Assembly (NCBI GenBank): GCA_964495565.1 | Contig: CAZBWQ010000010.1 | Coordinates: 3,037 to 67,036 of the forward strand | Origin: an uncultured Sandaracinaceae bacterium | GTDB taxonomy: Bacteria > Myxococcota_A > Polyangia > Polyangiales > Houyiibacteriaceae | DNA length: 64,000 bases | Direction of reading: 5' to 3' | Part shown: positions 15,869 through 25,306 of the stretch, piece by piece | Layout: every line of letters starts with the position of its first letter | Numbering within the stretch: position 1 is the first letter of the stretch | Program-made: the position numbers and the translations under genes | Notes under the pieces: model-generated | Database searches by the model: none | What the model was told of the DNA's origin: nothing | Seen by the model: the letters and a program-made list of their open reading frames with translations, nothing else

Positions 15869-16879
15869 TCAACGTACGCCTTGGTCGTGCAACAGCGTTT
15901 CGGTCTTGGTCCACAACAACGCCCCTAGCTCCGGGTCCATCGATGCCTCGGAAGATTCTTTCACGCGCATCATGTGCATGTATACACCGGTCTTGGAGCC
16001 CATCTCGTCGGAAGTCGCGAGGTAGTCGACCGGAATCGACGCCTTCTCGGGGCTTTGAAAAAATACGCTCATCACGGGCTTCAAGATCGGCTTGAGCCAG
16101 ATTGGAGCTTCGCGTGCCATGTTCGAGTTGACCGCACCGGGGCACAAAGCGTGCACGCAAACGTCGGGGCTCTCCTCGCGACCGGCATTCAGCCGTCGCG
16201 ACAATTCGTGAAAATATGTCGTCAAATGCAGCTTGCTCGAGCCGTAGTACTTCACCCCGTCGGCGATTCCGTAGTCGACGGGCTCGCCAAAGCGATCGAA
16301 GTCGATCGGAATCGTGCTCCGGTGCGTCTCGGACGAGACGAAAATCACACGAGGGGGGTCCTCGGCCCGCGAATTGGCTCCGTACACGCCGTTCGGAATC
16401 ACCCCGTCTCGGAGCAATCGGCTCAGCACGACGAACTTGGCGAGAAAGTTCACGGCGAACATGAGGTCGAGGCCGTGCTTGTTGGTGCGGGCGGTCGCGG
16501 GAACCACGCCCGCGTTGAATACGGCAATGTCGAGGGTGACCTTTCGATCGCGCAACGTGTCGCAGAACCTCTCGATCGAGTCGAAATCGCTGAGATCGAC
16601 TTGGATCATCTCGACCGAAGGGTTTCCACTCGCGGCACGGACCTCTTCACCCGCTTCGGGAATGCCGCTGCGGCACGCCATGATCACGTGCGCCCCTCGT
16701 TCGGCGAGGCGAATGGCGATGGCCTTTCCGAGCCCGCTGTTGGCACCGGTCACGAGGCAGGTGCGTCCGTTTAAGCGCACGTGGGGCGAAACGGGGCTGA
16801 CTTTGGGCTTTTCGTGTCGCTGATCCAGGACGCCGCTCAAGACGGCGGACAGAGGATTGCCATGGGTTCGTTTGGCCAT
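15869..16879 (-). CDS. SDR family oxidoreductase (retinol-dehydrogenase-like)
   Basis: TGANSGLGKA (TGxxxGxG) and YYGSSKL (YxxxK). Confidence 0.9.
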   Translation of the reverse strand: MAKRTHGNPLSAVLSGVLDQRHEKPKVSPVSPHVRLNGRTCLVTGANSGLGKAIAIRLAERGAHVIMACRSGIPEAGEEVRAASGNPSVEMIQVDLSDFDSIERFCDTLRDRKVTLDIAVFNAGVVPATARTNKHGLDLMFAVNFLAKFVVLSRLLRDGVIPNGVYGANSRAEDPPRVIFVSSETHRSTIPIDFDRFGEPVDYGIADGVKYYGSSKLHLTTYFHELSRRLNAGREESPDVCVHALCPGAVNSNMAREAPIWLKPILKPVMSVFFQSPEKASIPVDYLATSDEMGSKTGVYMHMMRVKESSEASMDPELGALLWTKTETLLHDQGVR

Positions 16880-16913
16880 CGGGCGGGGACTCTAGAAAAC
16901 TGAGTCCTCAAGA

Positions 16914-17654
16914 TCAACGCGAAGCGGTAATCCGCAGATATTCCTCGACCACGGCGCCCAGCCCGACGAATAGCGCCCGCGAGATGAGCGCGTGTCCGAT
17001 CGACACCTCGTCGACGTGCGGAACCGAAAGAAAGAGCGGCAAGTTCGCGAGATCCAGGTCGTGGCCTGCGTTGACTCCCAGGCCACACGCCGATGCGCGT
17101 CGTGCCGCGCTGCGGTAGTGGGCGAGCGTCCTTTCCAGGTCCTCCCCCCCTCGCTCGAACGCGCGGGCGTATGGCTCCGTGTAGAGCTCGACCCGGTCGG
17201 CGCCGAGCTCGGCGGCCCAATCGATCGGCTCGGGCTACGGCTCCACGAACACGCTCACCCGAACCCCCCGTGCCCGAAGGCGCCCGATGATCTCCGCCAG
17301 CTCGTCCCTGGGCGTGCTCGCGGGCCAGCCGGCCTCGCTGGTGAGCTCGCCCGGACGTACGGGCACGAGAGTACACTGATCGGGACGCACCCGCTCGACC
17401 ATGTCGATCAGATCCGGCCTCGGATCCCCCTCGATGTTGTACTCGACTCGATCGCGGACCGGCGCAAGGGCTTCGGCGATTTCGTACACGTCGTCGGGCC
17501 GAATGTGGCGCTGATCGTCGCGCGGATGCACCGTAATCCCCGGCGCGCCTGCCTCGACGCAAACGCGAACGGCCTCCACGACGCTCGGCACGGATCCACC
17601 CCGAGAATTTCGGAGCGTGGCCACCTTGTTGACGTTGACGCTGAGGCGAGGCAT
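16914..17654 (-). pseudogene. pdxJ: pyridoxine 5'-phosphate synthase interrupted by an in-frame TAG
   Basis: Codons 1-139 (MPRLSVNVNKVATLRNSRGG...VSVFVEP) end at TAG (complement of 17235-17237). The same frame continues [23 protein letters not shown]...GVNAGHDL...[12 protein letters not shown] to TGA at 16914. Together they give a full-length 246-aa PdxJ. Confidence 0.85.
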
Positions 17655-17743
17655 CGGCCGAAGTCTTAGCGCAGGCGCTCGGCGTGTCAGCCACCCATTA
17701 CGCCTGGTGGCGCATCGTTTGATTTTTCGTAATATCTGCCTGT

Positions 17744-18535
17744 ATGAACGTCAGCGCCAAGGCCGTCGTGCTCGAGGTGCTTTCCGCGGGCCAGTCGATC
17801 TACGAGAGCACGCTGCCCGTCCGCTCGCTCGTGCAGGCTGCCTCGGTATTCGAGATCGCCGAGAATAGCGTGCGAGTCGCCATCGTCCGTCTGCGCGCCG
17901 AGGGCCTCATCGAGTCGCCTGCCCGAGGAGAATACCGCTTGGGTCCGGGCGCGAAGGTCGTCAACGAGAAGATCCACGGCTGGCGAAAGGTCGCCGAGCG
18001 TGTCGGACCCTGGGATGGCTCTTGGATGGCCGCATTCACCGCGGACCTTTCCCGGACCGACCGCCCCGCCCTCCGCCGGCGGCTTCGTGCGCTCCGCTAT
18101 CTCGGCTTCGAAGAGCTCAAGCCCGGTCTGTTCTTGAGACCGAACAATCTCACTCCGGGGATCGAGGGTGCTCGCGAAGAGCTAGAGGCCCTCGGTCTCG
18201 ACACCGAGGCCCTCGTGTTTCGAGTCGACGATCTCTCGCCAGCAGGGGAACGTCGCGCACGTGCTCTTTGGGACGGCGCGTCCCTCGAGCATGCATACGA
18301 ACAGCTGCATCGACGGCTCGCGAGCAGCATGCGTCGCCTCGACGATCTTTCGCTCCACGAGTCGGTGCGAGAATCCTTCTTGCTGGGACGAGAAGGAATT
18401 CGTCAGGTCGTGCTCGACCCCCTGTTGCCCGAGCCTCTGATCGACGAAGCAAAGCGCTCTACGATGGTCGGTGTCCTCGAGCGGTACTGCGACCGTGGGC
18501 TGGAGCTCTGGAGCCATTTCCTCCAAGTGGACTAG
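17744..18535 (+). CDS. PaaX-like transcriptional regulator
   Basis: N-terminal wHTH VVLEVLSAGQSIYESTLPVRSLVQAASVFEIAENSVRVAIVRLRAEGLI and a PaaX-type C-terminal domain. Confidence 0.7.
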   Translation: MNVSAKAVVLEVLSAGQSIYESTLPVRSLVQAASVFEIAENSVRVAIVRLRAEGLIESPARGEYRLGPGAKVVNEKIHGWRKVAERVGPWDGSWMAAFTADLSRTDRPALRRRLRALRYLGFEELKPGLFLRPNNLTPGIEGAREELEALGLDTEALVFRVDDLSPAGERRARALWDGASLEHAYEQLHRRLASSMRRLDDLSLHESVRESFLLGREGIRQVVLDPLLPEPLIDEAKRSTMVGVLERYCDRGLELWSHFLQVD

Positions 18536-18571
18536 CGGCGTCTCGGACGATTTCGAGTATGCTGCGGCGTC

Positions 18572-19504
18572 ATGAAGGCGGTGGATTTCAGGTTTGGCAC
18601 GGTCGATGGTGCCAACGTGTACGTGCGTGGCTGGGTCGTCGATCGACCCAAAGCGATCGTGCAGGTGCTTCACGGGATGGCGGAGCATGGAGCGAGGTAC
18701 GAACGCTTGGCGCGGGCGCTCGCGTCGGCGGGGTACGGCACGTATGCCCACGACCATCGCGGACACGGCCAGAGCATCGCCGACGGAGTGCCCCCGGGGC
18801 ACATTGCCGACAGCGATAGCTGGAACCGGATCGTCGAGGACGCGCACGGGATCAACCGCGAGATCGCCAAGCGCCATCCGGGGGTTCCGATCATCATCCT
18901 CGGTCACTCGATGGGGTCGTTCGTGCTGCAGCAGCTCTTGTTCGAGCGTCCGAGCGACATGATCGCTGCAGCTCTTTCTGCGTCGAACGGAAAGCCACCG
19001 CCCATCGCTTCGGTGGGCAAAGTGGTCGCTCGCATGGAGAGATTGCGCGTGGGCAAACGGAGTCCGAGCCCGATTCTGCAGCGTCTCACCTTCGGCGAAT
19101 ACAACAAAGCCTTTGCGCCGACACGCACGGAGTTCGATTGGCTCTCGCGCGACCCGGCCGAGGTGGACGCGTACGTCGCCGACCCGCTGTGCGGGTTCGC
19201 GGTCTCGACCCAGGTTTGGATCGACATGCTGGATGCGCTCGACCGCATCGCAAAACCGAGCAACGTCGCCAAGATCCCCAAAGACAAACCGCTCTATTTG
19301 TTCGCCGGTGACCAGGACCCCGTCGGCGACTTCGGCAAGGGCATGAAGCGCCTGCACGATGCCTACAAGCGCGCGGCGATCTTCGACGTGCGGTTGAAGC
19401 TCTACCCCGAGGGCCGTCACGAGATGCTGAACGAGACCAATCGGGACGAAGTCACCGCGGACCTGATCGGTTGGTGCGACGAGGTGGTCGCCGCAGCTCG
19501 CTAG
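18572..19504 (+). CDS. alpha/beta hydrolase (lysophospholipase/monoglyceride-lipase-like)
   Basis: HGMAEHGARY, HRGHGQS, nucleophile elbow GHSMGS. The stop shares a CTAG palindrome with the convergent gene. Confidence 0.85.
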   Translation: MKAVDFRFGTVDGANVYVRGWVVDRPKAIVQVLHGMAEHGARYERLARALASAGYGTYAHDHRGHGQSIADGVPPGHIADSDSWNRIVEDAHGINREIAKRHPGVPIIILGHSMGSFVLQQLLFERPSDMIAAALSASNGKPPPIASVGKVVARMERLRVGKRSPSPILQRLTFGEYNKAFAPTRTEFDWLSRDPAEVDAYVADPLCGFAVSTQVWIDMLDALDRIAKPSNVAKIPKDKPLYLFAGDQDPVGDFGKGMKRLHDAYKRAAIFDVRLKLYPEGRHEMLNETNRDEVTADLIGWCDEVVAAAR

Positions 19505-20394
19505 GAGGGACGGCTGGTGTAGAGGGGGCCTTCCACTCGACCACGCACCAACGGTCGCGTTTCGGACGTGATCCGGCATCGCCAAAGAGCGCTTCGCGAT
19601 CCGATGGACTCGGCGCCGCGGTACTCGTTGAAGTCCTCCCACACGCACTCGATTAGCAAGCCCGCGTCGCACAAGACGCGTTGTTTGTGAAGACCGCGCT
19701 CGCTCGCCCGCCGGCTTTGGCCGAAGCAGACATAGAGCCGGCCATCCGGCTTGAGCATCTCGACGGCCCTGCTCACGAAAAGCTGAAAGCCCTCTACCGC
19801 GTAGGGCGGGTCCGTGAAGACCGCGCCGAAGCGACTCTTCAACCTCTTGGGGACGGGCTCACGCAGATCGTGCTCGATCACGTCGTGATCCCATGCGGAT
19901 TGCGCCGCATGTCGGGTCAGGATTCCGAGGATTTCCGGATCGGTATCGAGCACGGTGATCTTTCGTCCGGCTCCGGCGAGCTGGACGGCCGCGCTCGTCA
20001 GATCGTCGTCGCCGAGAAAAGCCAAACCGCGCTGGTGCTCTCCGGCTTCGAGCAACAGCGATGCACGCCGGATCACGGTATCCGTCGTGACGTACACCTG
20101 GTCGAGCGCTCGTTTGGGCGATCCTCGTTCTGCCGCGATCCGCTCGTACTCGTCGCGCCAGCTCGCGGAGTCCGGCGCTGGAAGCGTTCTCGCCACCAGC
20201 TCCCGAGCGAGCGCAGCCAGGCCGCGTTCCGAGCATTGGATCCGCCCGTCGTCGAGGTGGAACCACTGCGGATAGCGGCTCACTACGTCCCGAACGACCG
20301 AGGATGCCTCACCTGCAATCCGGACTACCTCGTCCTGCGAGAGCGATCGACCGTCGCCGAGTGCTCTGAGGATGCGGAACGCCCCTTCGTACAC
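19501..20394 (-). CDS. DUF43-family (bis-aminopropyl-spermidine-synthase-like) transferase with N-terminal wHTH
   Basis: GTG start. ITVLDTDPEIL and AVFTDPPYAVEG (DPPY motif), then LKPDGRLYVCFG. Confidence 0.6.
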   Translation of the reverse strand: MYEGAFRILRALGDGRSLSQDEVVRIAGEASSVVRDVVSRYPQWFHLDDGRIQCSERGLAALARELVARTLPAPDSASWRDEYERIAAERGSPKRALDQVYVTTDTVIRRASLLLEAGEHQRGLAFLGDDDLTSAAVQLAGAGRKITVLDTDPEILGILTRHAAQSAWDHDVIEHDLREPVPKRLKSRFGAVFTDPPYAVEGFQLFVSRAVEMLKPDGRLYVCFGQSRRASERGLHKQRVLCDAGLLIECVWEDFNEYRGAESIGSRSALWRCRITSETRPLVRGRVEGPLYTSRPS

Positions 20395-20403
20395 GGCGAG
20401 CGC

Positions 20404-20682
20404 TTACTTGTCTCGAAATACGATCATTCCGTGCGTGAGGTCGTACGGCGACAACGCCACCGTCACTCGGTCCCCCAAGATCACGCGAATGCGAAATTTG
20501 CGCATACGACCACAGAGCTGCGCGCGCACGGTCGCGCCCGAATCGGTCGTCACCTCGAACTGGCCCCCCGCGAAGACCTGGGTCACCACGCCGCTCAGCT
20601 TGATGTGGTCATCGCGCTTGTCCTCGGGCTCGAAATCCCGCTCGAATCTGTTTCGTCTTCCTTTTTGGCCTCGTTTCGCCAC
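20404..20682 (-). CDS. infA: translation initiation factor IF-1 with ~20-aa N-terminal extension
   Basis: LSGVVTQVFAGGQFEVTTDSGATVRAQLCGRMRKFRIRVILGDRVTVALSPYDLTHGMIVFR aligns with the IF-1 S1 domain. GTG start preceded by GAAGGAG. Confidence 0.9.
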   Translation of the reverse strand: MAKRGQKGRRNRFERDFEPEDKRDDHIKLSGVVTQVFAGGQFEVTTDSGATVRAQLCGRMRKFRIRVILGDRVTVALSPYDLTHGMIVFRDK

Positions 20683-20836
20683 TCAATCTCCTTCTTCTCG
20701 TCCGTATCGCCGCAACCTAAGTCGTCACGGCGTACCCCGCCACCCATCCGTATCTGTTTTGATACTCCTGGGGTTCCCGTTTTTGTAGCACCGCCCGTGG
20801 AAAAGTCAGCCGGAACGCATCAATGTAGAGATTCCG

Positions 20837-21358
20837 GTGCTCCAGCGACACCCCGACGATGCATGGACGCTCGCCACCCCGATGAAGGTCAGCGCCGGCA
20901 TGCGTCGAATTTTCAGGGCTCTTGCCGATGCGATTCTGCCGACCTCCCCGCGCACTCCGGAGACGCTCCACGAGGTGACGCACCACGCGCTGGTGTCGCT
21001 GCAATACATGCCGCGGTCGTCGGCCCAGTTTTTCGTGTGGGGAATGCGCTTGCTCAATTGGGCTCCGCTTTGGCGTCTACGTGGCTTGCGGCCATTGACC
21101 GCGCTCCCGCGGGAGACAGCCCGCAGGCATCTTCTCGGGGTGACACATAGCCGCTGGCTGCCGGTTCGCATGCTGATGTACGGGCCAGCCGGCCTGTTCC
21201 TCTCGAGCTATTTCGATCAGGACTACGTCCATCGCGAGCTCGATTACACCCCGGTGTCGTTCGTCGCCGAACGCGTGGAGCTGCGACGCAAGTGGATCGA
21301 GGGGCAAGAGCCCGGCGCCGACGACGAGGTTCACCACTCCGCGAGGGTGGCGCCATGA
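20837..21358 (+). CDS. hypothetical protein, translationally coupled partner of the GMC oxidoreductase
   Basis: 173-aa ORF. Its stop overlaps the GMC start (ATGA at 21355-21358). No recognised motif, and the start is uncertain. Confidence 0.45.
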   Translation: MLQRHPDDAWTLATPMKVSAGMRRIFRALADAILPTSPRTPETLHEVTHHALVSLQYMPRSSAQFFVWGMRLLNWAPLWRLRGLRPLTALPRETARRHLLGVTHSRWLPVRMLMYGPAGLFLSSYFDQDYVHRELDYTPVSFVAERVELRRKWIEGQEPGADDEVHHSARVAP

Positions 21359-22863
21359 CGGCGATCCTGGCGCACCGCGACTATCGACCCGTCGAAACCC
21401 ATCACGCGGAGATCGCCGTGATCGGCACCGGAGCGGGCGGCGCCGTGGTCGGAGCGGAGCTCGCGGAAGCCGGGCGCGACGTGCTCTTCATCGAGGAAGG
21501 CGGATACCATCCGACCTCGAGCTTCAATCCGTACCTCACCGAATCGCTTCCAAGGCTGTTTCGCGATGCCGGAGGAACGATCATCGTAGGCAGGCCTCCG
21601 ATCCCATACGCGGAAGGGCGTTGCGTCGGTGGGGGCACGGTGGTCAACGGCGGCATGGCTTGGCGGCCTCCGGAGCAGGTGCTCGCCCAATGGGAGCGGC
21701 TGACTCGGCAGCCCGACCTAGGACCCAAGGCGATGGAACCTTTGTTCGACCGTGTCGAGGAGCGAATCCACGCCAAACCACAGCACCCTTCGTCGATCGG
21801 CGAGGATAGCCGTCTCCTCGAGCAGGGCGCGCGCCGGCTCGGGTGGCGCTACGAGCCGAATCGGCGGGCGCAGGATCGGTGCGTGGGGTCCAATCAGTGT
21901 TTGACCGGGTGTCCCACCGGCGCAAAGCAGTCCACGCTGGTGAGCTACCTGCCCCGTGCGTTTTCTCGCGGCGCTCGATGCCTCACCGAGGTTCGGATCC
22001 GCGAGCTGTGGATCGAGAATGGACGTTGCGTCGGCGCCATCGGCCGGGCGATCAACCCACGCACGCGCGAGGAGGACGTCGAGGTCCGCGTCCGCGCCAA
22101 AGCGGTGGTCGTCGCATGCGGCGCCATTCAGACTCCGTTTCTCCTCCTCCGTCACCGGCTCGGCCGACCGAGCGGACAGCTCGGAAAGAACTTCCTCTGC
22201 CATCCGAACACCAAAGTCGTGGCGATCTACCCGCGCAACATCTACGCGTGGCAAGGCGTGAGCCAGGGAGGCCAGATTCGCGAGTTTCGGGAACAGGGAA
22301 TTCTGATGGCGGAAAATGCCGTGCCACCAGGGACGGCGGCGGCCCAGATTCCCTTCCTCGGCGACGAAGCCCTCGAGCTCATGCGCAGCTACAACGCGAT
22401 GGCGATGACGGGTGTGCTCGTCGAGGACTCGCATGCCGGCCGCGTGAGCCGACGCTTCGGCGTCCCCATGGCAAAATACACCATCACTCGGTATGACCAC
22501 GAGCGGTTTCTGACGGGAGTTCGGCACCTGGCCACGCTTCACTTCGAAATGGGCGCGGAGAAAGTGATCCTGCCTTTCAGCAACTTCCACCTCGCGAAAA
22601 GCGTCGACGATCTGAGAGAAATCGAGCGGACCCAACGGTCCCGCAGCACGATCGAGCTGTTCACGGTGCACATGATGGGCACGTGCCGCATGGGCAGTCG
22701 GTCCAGTCATTCCGTCGTCGACCTTAGCGGCGAGGTATGGGACCTCCCCGGCTGCTACGTCGCCGATGCGAGCTTGTTTCCCACTGCCGTCGGGGTGAAC
22801 CCACAAGTCGCGATCATGGCGCTGGCGACCCGGGTGGCCGATCGCCTGCAGCTTCCCAATTGA
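21355..22863 (+). CDS. GMC family FAD-dependent oxidoreductase
   Basis: IAVIGTGAGGAVVGAELAEAGRDVLFIEEGG (FAD fold) and C-terminal HMMGTCRMG...DASLFPTAVGVNPQ (GMC signature). Confidence 0.85.
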   Translation: MTAILAHRDYRPVETHHAEIAVIGTGAGGAVVGAELAEAGRDVLFIEEGGYHPTSSFNPYLTESLPRLFRDAGGTIIVGRPPIPYAEGRCVGGGTVVNGGMAWRPPEQVLAQWERLTRQPDLGPKAMEPLFDRVEERIHAKPQHPSSIGEDSRLLEQGARRLGWRYEPNRRAQDRCVGSNQCLTGCPTGAKQSTLVSYLPRAFSRGARCLTEVRIRELWIENGRCVGAIGRAINPRTREEDVEVRVRAKAVVVACGAIQTPFLLLRHRLGRPSGQLGKNFLCHPNTKVVAIYPRNIYAWQGVSQGGQIREFREQGILMAENAVPPGTAAAQIPFLGDEALELMRSYNAMAMTGVLVEDSHAGRVSRRFGVPMAKYTITRYDHERFLTGVRHLATLHFEMGAEKVILPFSNFHLAKSVDDLREIERTQRSRSTIELFTVHMMGTCRMGSRSSHSVVDLSGEVWDLPGCYVADASLFPTAVGVNPQVAIMALATRVADRLQLPN

Positions 22864-22899
22864 CAAGCGATTCCCTTTTGCGCACACCCTAGCCCACCG

Positions 22900-23904
22900 A
22901 TGCTCGACCTTCCTCGACTCAAGCGCATTCGGCTCATGAAACGGCCCATCGGCCAGATCTTCTTCGGGCACACGGTCCTCGCTCCGAACTACAACTTCTT
23001 GCCCGGGATCGACATACGCCTCGAAGGCCTCGATCGCGTCCCCGAAGAACCGGTCATCTTCGCGATGAACCACACCGACCGGTTCAACTACTTTCCCTTC
23101 ATGTACAAGATGTGGAAGCTCGAGGACCGTTACATGACGGTCTGGGTGAAGGGCAAATACTACGAGCAACCGATCGTCGCGACCTTCATGGAGCTGACGA
23201 GCAACCTGCCCACCGTGTCTCGCGGTTACATCATCACCAAGGATTTCGCCCTGACGATGGGACGCCGGCCGACCGAGGCGGAGTACGACACCCTGCGGAC
23301 TCTGGTGAACGAGGAAGCGAATCCGGAGGGAGACGCCAGCACGGTGGACGTCTCGGCCGTTCCGGCGGCGCTCTTGGAAACCAAGCGGAACATCTTGGGT
23401 GTCGACTTCGACCCGGCCGAGACGTCGTACGCCGCAGGCATCAATCGCGTGTTCAACGAAATGATGCGCCAGTTCGTTCGGCTGAACGAGCGTTCTTTCG
23501 AGCTCGGCCTCGACCTGCTGGTGTTTCCTCAAGGCACGCGGTCGATCCGACTGCCTCGGGGCCGCATCGGGATGATGGAAATCGCCCTTCGCTACGAGAA
23601 GACCATCGTGCCGGTCGGTTGCAACGGGTGCGATCTCGTCTACACGGGCTCGCTACCCATCGGAAAGTCCGGCAAGATCATCTACCGGATCGGCGAGCCA
23701 ATCACCTACCAGGATCTCTCGGAATTTCACATCGACGAGCCGTACGCACCCTTCACGGCAGAAGCCGAGCACAAGTACCGAGACAAGTTTCAAGGCGCGG
23801 TGGACGTCGTCATGAACCGCATCAACGACTTGTTGGATGAACGCTATCAGTTCAGCGAGGACCTGCGCAGCACCGGCGTGAGCGGCACCGACCGCTTCAT
23901 GTAG
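22900..23904 (+). CDS. lysophospholipid/glycerol-phosphate acyltransferase family protein (PlsC-like)
   Basis: Block I FAMNHTDRFN and block III VFPQGTRS. Confidence 0.65.
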   Translation: MLDLPRLKRIRLMKRPIGQIFFGHTVLAPNYNFLPGIDIRLEGLDRVPEEPVIFAMNHTDRFNYFPFMYKMWKLEDRYMTVWVKGKYYEQPIVATFMELTSNLPTVSRGYIITKDFALTMGRRPTEAEYDTLRTLVNEEANPEGDASTVDVSAVPAALLETKRNILGVDFDPAETSYAAGINRVFNEMMRQFVRLNERSFELGLDLLVFPQGTRSIRLPRGRIGMMEIALRYEKTIVPVGCNGCDLVYTGSLPIGKSGKIIYRIGEPITYQDLSEFHIDEPYAPFTAEAEHKYRDKFQGAVDVVMNRINDLLDERYQFSEDLRSTGVSGTDRFM

Positions 23905-23947
23905 CAGAACGGTTGTTCGGCAGCCTGAATCGGGTTAGACCCGCTTC

Positions 23948-25306
23948 GTGCACGAGCTCCAAGCCTTGAAGGACGCCGCCGAGCCCAGGCCGGTCGTTGC
24001 CATCATCGGGGGAGCCGTCGCCGGCTCCGAAGCAGCCGCGGCATGCGCCGAGAAGGGTGCGATCGCCGTGGTCTTCGAGCAGGGCGTTCGCCCTTACGGC
24101 AAGATCGAGGACGGCTTGCCCCGGTGGCACGAAAAGCTGCGCGAAAAAGAGTATCGCCGGATCGACGAGAATCTTCTGCGAGAAGGCGTGATCTTCGTGC
24201 CACGGACGGAGATCGGCCGAGATCTCGCCTGGGACGAGCTCTATGGGGACATGGGCTTCAGCGCCGTCATCTTGGCGAATGGGGCATGGCGCGACCGTCC
24301 GCTGCCCGTCGAAGGAGCGGACCGATACGTGCGTCGCGGCCTCGTGTATCAGAACGAGCTCGTCTACTGGTTCAACCACTATCACGAGCCGGACTACCAG
24401 GGTCCCTCGTTCGACATTCCAGACGACGTGATCGTGATCGGGGGTGGTCTCGCATCGATCGACGTCGTCAAGATCGTGAACTTGGAGCTCTACGCGAAGG
24501 CCCTGCGCGCCCGTGGAATCGACGTCGACGTCGTCGAGATGGAGATCAAAGGCATCCCGAAGACGCTCGAAACGCACGGCGTAGACGCCCTGCAGCTGGG
24601 CGTGAAGGGGTGCACCCTCTACTACCGACGCCGCATGGAGGACATGCCACTTGCCAGCGCCGAGGATCCGACGCCCGAGCAACTCACCAAGCTTCAGGCC
24701 GCGCGCGTCAAGATCATGGAGCGGGTCATGCGCAAGTATCTGGTGGCGTTCGAGCCGTCGTGCATGCCCGTGGCCACCATCGTCGAAGACGGCCGGCTCG
24801 TCGGAATTCGCTTCCGAAAGACCGAGGTGGTGGACGGACGGGTCCGCCCCGTCGAGGGGTCCGATTTCGACGTGCATGCCGAGATGGTGATCAGCTCGAT
24901 CGGCAGCGTTCCACGGCCCATCGCCGGGGTTCCCATCCAAGGCGAGCTCTACTACTTCGACAGTTGGGAGACCGGGGAGGTCCACGGTCTGCCCGGTGTC
25001 TTCGGACTGGGCAACGTGCTCACGGGCAAGGGCAACATCAAAGACAGCCGCGCGAACGCCATCGAGATCGTCGAGAACGTGGTGGCTGCGTACTTGGGTG
25101 TCGCTGAGGAGCCACGGGAGGCACCGGACGCCCCGAACGCTCGCCTCGACGAGGTCGCGGATCGCGCCGCGACCGGCGCGCCCATGACGCCGTCCGCCAT
25201 GAGCTCGTTGGCCCAACGCATCGAGGCCCGGTACGACGAGATCGGGTACCGGGGATACCGAGATTGGATCGCCGCCCACGCGCTCCCCGCGCCGGAGACC
25301 CGATGA
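23948..25306 (+). CDS. FAD/NAD(P)-binding oxidoreductase (GltD/FprA-like)
   Basis: GTG start. VAIIGGAVAGSEAAAACAEKG and a second dinucleotide fold VIVIGGGLASIDVV. Confidence 0.65.
   Translation: MHELQALKDAAEPRPVVAIIGGAVAGSEAAAACAEKGAIAVVFEQGVRPYGKIEDGLPRWHEKLREKEYRRIDENLLREGVIFVPRTEIGRDLAWDELYGDMGFSAVILANGAWRDRPLPVEGADRYVRRGLVYQNELVYWFNHYHEPDYQGPSFDIPDDVIVIGGGLASIDVVKIVNLELYAKALRARGIDVDVVEMEIKGIPKTLETHGVDALQLGVKGCTLYYRRRMEDMPLASAEDPTPEQLTKLQAARVKIMERVMRKYLVAFEPSCMPVATIVEDGRLVGIRFRKTEVVDGRVRPVEGSDFDVHAEMVISSIGSVPRPIAGVPIQGELYYFDSWETGEVHGLPGVFGLGNVLTGKGNIKDSRANAIEIVENVVAAYLGVAEEPREAPDAPNARLDEVADRAATGAPMTPSAMSSLAQRIEARYDEIGYRGYRDWIAAHALPAPETR

Noticed and set aside
16892-17086. 64-aa minus-strand ORF inside the pdxJ tail region.
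   Set aside because: It is out of frame relative to the PdxJ-homologous reading frame (16914-17234) and has no recognisable motifs. The real signal here is the in-frame continuation of pdxJ after the TAG.
17655-17743. TAATAT box (about 17729) upstream of the PaaX-like gene, considered as a -10 element.
   Set aside because: There is no acceptable -35 at 16-18 nt spacing and the box lies only ~10 nt from the ATG. I cannot support a promoter call by eye.
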